This document shows positions 60,101 to 64,000 of a stretch of 64,000 nucleotides of DNA, piece by piece. The DNA is from Lepidodermella squamata (taxonomy: Eukaryota > Animalia > Gastrotricha): assembly GCA_047495785.1 (NCBI GenBank), contig JBLDXI010000073.1, positions 62,001 to 126,000 of the forward strand. The letters run 5' to 3'. The notes under the pieces were generated by a model. The model did no database searches. It was not told where the DNA came from and saw only the letters and a program-made list of their open reading frames with translations. The translations under genes and the position numbers were made by a program. The stretch's first letter is position 1; the number at the start of each line of letters is the position of its first letter.

Positions 60101-63100
60101 AAGATCGCAACTGTACCTTGAGAACCTAGCGGGCCCTGATCTCCGGTTGCACCAGTCACTCCCGTCGCACCTGCAGCGGGGCAAAACCGAAGTAGCTCAA
60201 AGTTTCGAACAAGCTCGGCTCATTCACGTACCTTGTTGACCTGTGGCTCCATCAGCGCCTGAATGGTTTCACAAAACAAGAGAAATCGTAACCAAGAGCC
60301 TGGATCCTAGCTTCAAAGCTCACCTGTCGCTCCAGTAGCGCCCTGCCCACCCAGTGGGCCTTCGGAACCTTGCACGCCTTGGGGACCTTGCGAACCAAGC
60401 GGACCTTGCGGGCCTGAAAATCACGAATAAATTCATGCAAGCTTCAAACCTCAACTTCGAAGATCGCAACTGTACCTTGAGAACCTAGCGGGCCCTGATC
60501 TCCGGTTGCACCAGTCACTCCCGTCGCACCTGCAGCGGGGCAAAACCGAAGTAGCTCAAAGTTTCGAACAAGCTCGACTCATTCACGTACCTTGTTGACC
60601 TGTGGCTCCATCAGCGCCTGAATGGTTTCACAAAACAAGAGAAATCGTAACCAAGAGCCTGGATCCTAGCTTCAAAGCTCACCTGTCGCTCCAGTAGCGC
60701 CCTGCCCACCCAGTGGGCCTTCGGAACCTTGCACGCCTTGGGGACCTTGCGAACCAAGCGGACCTTGCGGGCCTGGAAATCACGAATAAATTCATGCAAG
60801 CTTCAAACCTCAACTTCGAAGATCGCAACTGTACCTTGAGAACCTAGCGGGCCCTGATCTCCGGTTGCACCAGTCACTCCCGTCGCACCTGCAGCGGGGC
60901 AAAACCGAAGTAGCTCAAAGTTTCGAACAAGCTCGGCTCATTCACGTACCTTGTTGACCTGTGGCTCCATCAGCGCCTGAATGGTTTCACAAAACAAGAG
61001 AAATCGTAACCAAGAGCCTGGATCCTAGCTTCAAAGCTCACCTGTCGCTCCAGTAGCGCCCTGCCCACCCAGTGGGCCTTCGGAACCTTGCACGCCTTGG
61101 GGACCTTGCGAACCAAGCGGACCTTGCGGGCCTGAAAATCACGAATAAATTCATGCAAGCTTCAAACCTCAACTTCGAAGATCGCAACTGTACCTTGAGA
61201 ACCTAGCGGGCCCTGATCTCCGGTTGCACCAGTCACTCCCGTCGCACCTGCAGCGGGGCAAAACCGAAGTAGCTCAAAGTTTCGAACAAGCTCGGCTCAT
61301 TCACGTACCTTGTTGACCTGTGGCTCCATCAGCGCCTGAATGGTTTCACAAAACAAGAGAAATCGTAACCAAGAGCCTGGATCCTAGCTTCAAAGCTCAC
61401 CTGTCGCTCCAGTAGCGCCCTGCCCACCCAGTGGGCCTTCGGAACCTTGCACGCCTTGGGGACCTTGCGAACCAAGCGGACCTTGCGGGCCTGAAAATCA
61501 CGAATAAATTCATGCAAGCTTCAAACCTCAACTTCGAAGATCGCAACTGTACCTTGAGAACCTAGCGGGCCCTGATCTCCGGTTGCACCAGTCACTCCCG
61601 TCGCACCTGCAGCGGGGCAAAACCGAAGTAGCTCAAAGTTTCGAACAAGCTCGGCTCATTCACGTACCTTGTTGACCTGTGGCTCCATCAGCGCCTGAAT
61701 GGTTTCACAAAACAAGAGAAATCGTAACCAAGAGCCTGGATCCTAGCTTCAAAGCTCACCTGTCGCTCCAGTAGCGCCCTGCCCACCCAGTGGGCCTTCG
61801 GAACCTTGCACGCCTTGGGGACCTTGCGAACCAAGCGGACCTTGCGGGCCTGAAAATCACGAATAAATTCATGCAAGCTTCAAACCTCAACTTCGAAGAT
61901 CGCAACTGTACCTTGAGAACCTAGCGGGCCCTGATCTCCGGTTGCACCAGTCACTCCCGTCGCACCTGCAGCGGGGCAAAACCGAAGTAGCTCAAAGTTT
62001 CGAACAAGCTCGGCTCATTCACGTACCTTGTTGACCTGTGGCTCCATCAGCGCCTGAATGGTTTCACAAAACAAGAGAAATCGTAACCAAGAGCCTGGAT
62101 CCTAGCTTCAAAGCTCACCTGTCGCTCCAGTAGCGCCCTGCCCACCCAGTGGGCCTTCGGAACCTTGCACGCCTTGGGGACCTTGCGAACCAAGCGGACC
62201 TTGCGGGCCTGGAAATCACGAATAAATTCATGCAAGCTTCAAACCTCAACTTCGAAGATCGCAACTGTACCTTGAGAACCTAGCGGGCCCTGATCTCCGG
62301 TTGCACCAGTCACTCCCGTCGCACCTGCAGCGGGGCAAAACCGAAGTAGCTCAAAGTTTCGAACAAGCTCGGCTCATTCACGTACCTTGTTGACCTGTGG
62401 CTCCATCAGCGCCTGAATGGTTTCACAAAACAAGAGAAATCGTAACCAAGAGCCTGGATCCTAGCTTCAAAGCTCACCTGTCGCTCCAGTAGCGCCCTGC
62501 CCACCCAGTGGGCCTTCGGAACCTTGCACGCCTTGGGGACCTTGCGAACCAAGCGGACCTTGCGGGCCTGAAAATCACGAATAAATTCATGCAAGCTTCA
62601 AACCTCAACTTCGAAGATCGCAACTGTACCTTGAGAACCTAGCGGGCCCTGATCTCCGGTTGCACCAGTCACTCCCGTCGCACCTGCAGCGGGGCAAAAC
62701 CGAAGTAGCTCAAAGTTTCGAACAAGCTCGGCTCATTCACGTACCTTGTTGACCTGTGGCTCCATCAGCGCCTGAATGGTTTCACAAAACAAGAGAAATC
62801 GTAACCAAGAGCCTGGATCCTAGCTTCAAAGCTCACCTGTCGCTCCAGTAGCGCCCTGCCCACCCAGTGGGCCTTCGGAACCTTGCACGCCTTGGGGACC
62901 TTGCGAACCAAGCGGACCTTGCGGGCCTGAAAATCACGAATAAATTCATGCAAGCTTCAAACCTCAACTTCGAAGATCGCAACTGTACCTTGAGAACCTA
63001 GCGGGCCCTGATCTCCGGTTGCACCAGTCACTCCCGTCGCACCTGCAGCGGGGCAAAACCGAAGTAGCTCAAAGTTTCGAACAAGCTCGGCTCATTCACG

Positions 63101-64000
63101 TACCTTGTTGACCTGTGGCTCCATCAGCGCCTGAATGGTTTCACAAAACAAGAGAAATCGTAACCAAGAGCCTGGATCCTAGCTTCAAAGCTCACCTGTC
63201 GCTCCAGTAGCGCCCTGCCCACCCAGTGGGCCTTCGGAACCTTGCACGCCTTGGGGACCTTGCGAACCAAGCGGACCTTGCGGGCCTGAAAATCACGAAT
63301 AAATTCATGCAAGCTTCAAACCTCAACTTCGAAGATCGCAACTGTACCTTGAGAACCTAGCGGGCCCTGATCTCCGGTTGCACCAGTCACTCCCGTCGCA
63401 CCTGCAGCGGGGCAAAACCGAAGTAGCTCAAAGTTTCGAACAAGCTCGGCTCATTCACGTACCTTGTTGACCTGTGGCTCCATCAGCGCCTGAATGGTTT
63501 CACAAAACAAGAGAAATCGTAACCAAGAGCCTGGATCCTAGCTTCAAAGCTCACCTGTCGCTCCAGTAGCGCCCTGCCCACCCAGTGGGCCTTCGGAACC
63601 TTGCACGCCTTGGGGACCTTGCGAACCAAGCGGACCTTGCGGGCCTGAAAATCACGAATAAATTCATGCAAGCTTCAAACCTCAACTTCGAAGATCGCAA
63701 CTGTACCTTGAGAACCTAGCGGGCCCTGATCTCCGGTTGCACCAGTCACTCCCGTCGCACCTGCAGCGGGGCAAAACCGAAGTAGCTCAAAGTTTCGAAC
63801 AAGCTCGGCTCATTCACGTACCTTGTTGACCTGTGGCTCCATCAGCGCCTGAATGGTTTCACAAAACAAGAGAAATCGTAACCAAGAGCCTGGATCCTAG
63901 CTTCAAAGCTCACCTGTCGCTCCAGTAGCGCCCTGCCCACCCAGTGGGCCTTCGGAACCTTGCACGCCTTGGGGACCTTGCGAACCAAGCGGACCTTGCG
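48134..64000 (-). CDS. Giant collagen-like protein, 3' portion (5' end outside window); at least 129 exons in window
   Basis: 42 three-exon units (last unit: 49286-49197, 49117-49091, 49015-48962), then exons 48899-48873 (GPQGPQGVQ), 48727-48674 ([18 protein letters not shown]) and 48612-48134 (GDAGATGAT...[30 protein letters not shown]). All introns are GT-AG and phase 1. Confidence 0.9.
48900..64000 (-). repeat. 359-bp tandem array (42 units, nearly identical) forming an exon-intron cassette of the collagen gene
   Basis: The 3' border of exon A recurs from 49197 to 63914, which is 41 x 359 minus two 1-bp intron deletions. Unit = 90+65+27+61+54+62 = 359. Confidence 0.97.

Noticed and set aside
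49128-63671. Dozens of identical 62-aa ORFs ([15 protein letters not shown]...) as a tandem small-protein gene array
   Set aside because: They cross intron-exon borders in the wrong frame and are broken by variants that leave the spliced Gly-X-Y frame intact (units near 54540, 57190, 57403 and 59294).
48900-64000. Non-coding or centromeric satellite, or CRISPR array
   Set aside because: There are no unique spacers. The unit partitions exactly into GT-AG introns and 9n-nt collagen exons continuous with unique collagen exons.
1-64000. Prokaryotic features (operons, CRISPR, rRNA, tRNA) and a species assignment
   Set aside because: The genes are spliceosomal-intron rich and no RNA gene is recognisable. 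Short introns and TTTCAG-like acceptors are not enough to name the taxon.

Overview
Intron-rich eukaryotic (very likely animal/invertebrate) genomic DNA, AT-rich, with short introns (mostly 50-65 nt). The ORF track misses most real genes because they are spliced. Bases 1-47,000 hold a birth-and-death cluster of seven paralogous secreted-protein genes. Each has a signal peptide, five copies of a 4-cysteine module I cannot assign to a known family, an optional EGF-like domain, and two C-type lectin domains; three of the seven look pseudogenised. The same region contains a gene made of about 13 copies of that module, a probably GPI-anchored trypsin-type protease, a NEK-like kinase-ankyrin fusion gene plus its decayed duplicate, and many MITEs with clear target-site duplications. 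From 48,134 to the end, the apparent 359-bp satellite is the body of a minus-strand collagen gene. Each unit holds three exons (90, 27 and 54 nt, all phase 1-1) and three GT-AG introns (65, 61 and 62 nt), and encodes 19 Gly-X-Y triplets. The window has 42 units, giving about 800 uninterrupted triplets with no Y-position Pro, and the gene continues beyond the window. All gene models were spliced by eye; no database search was possible.
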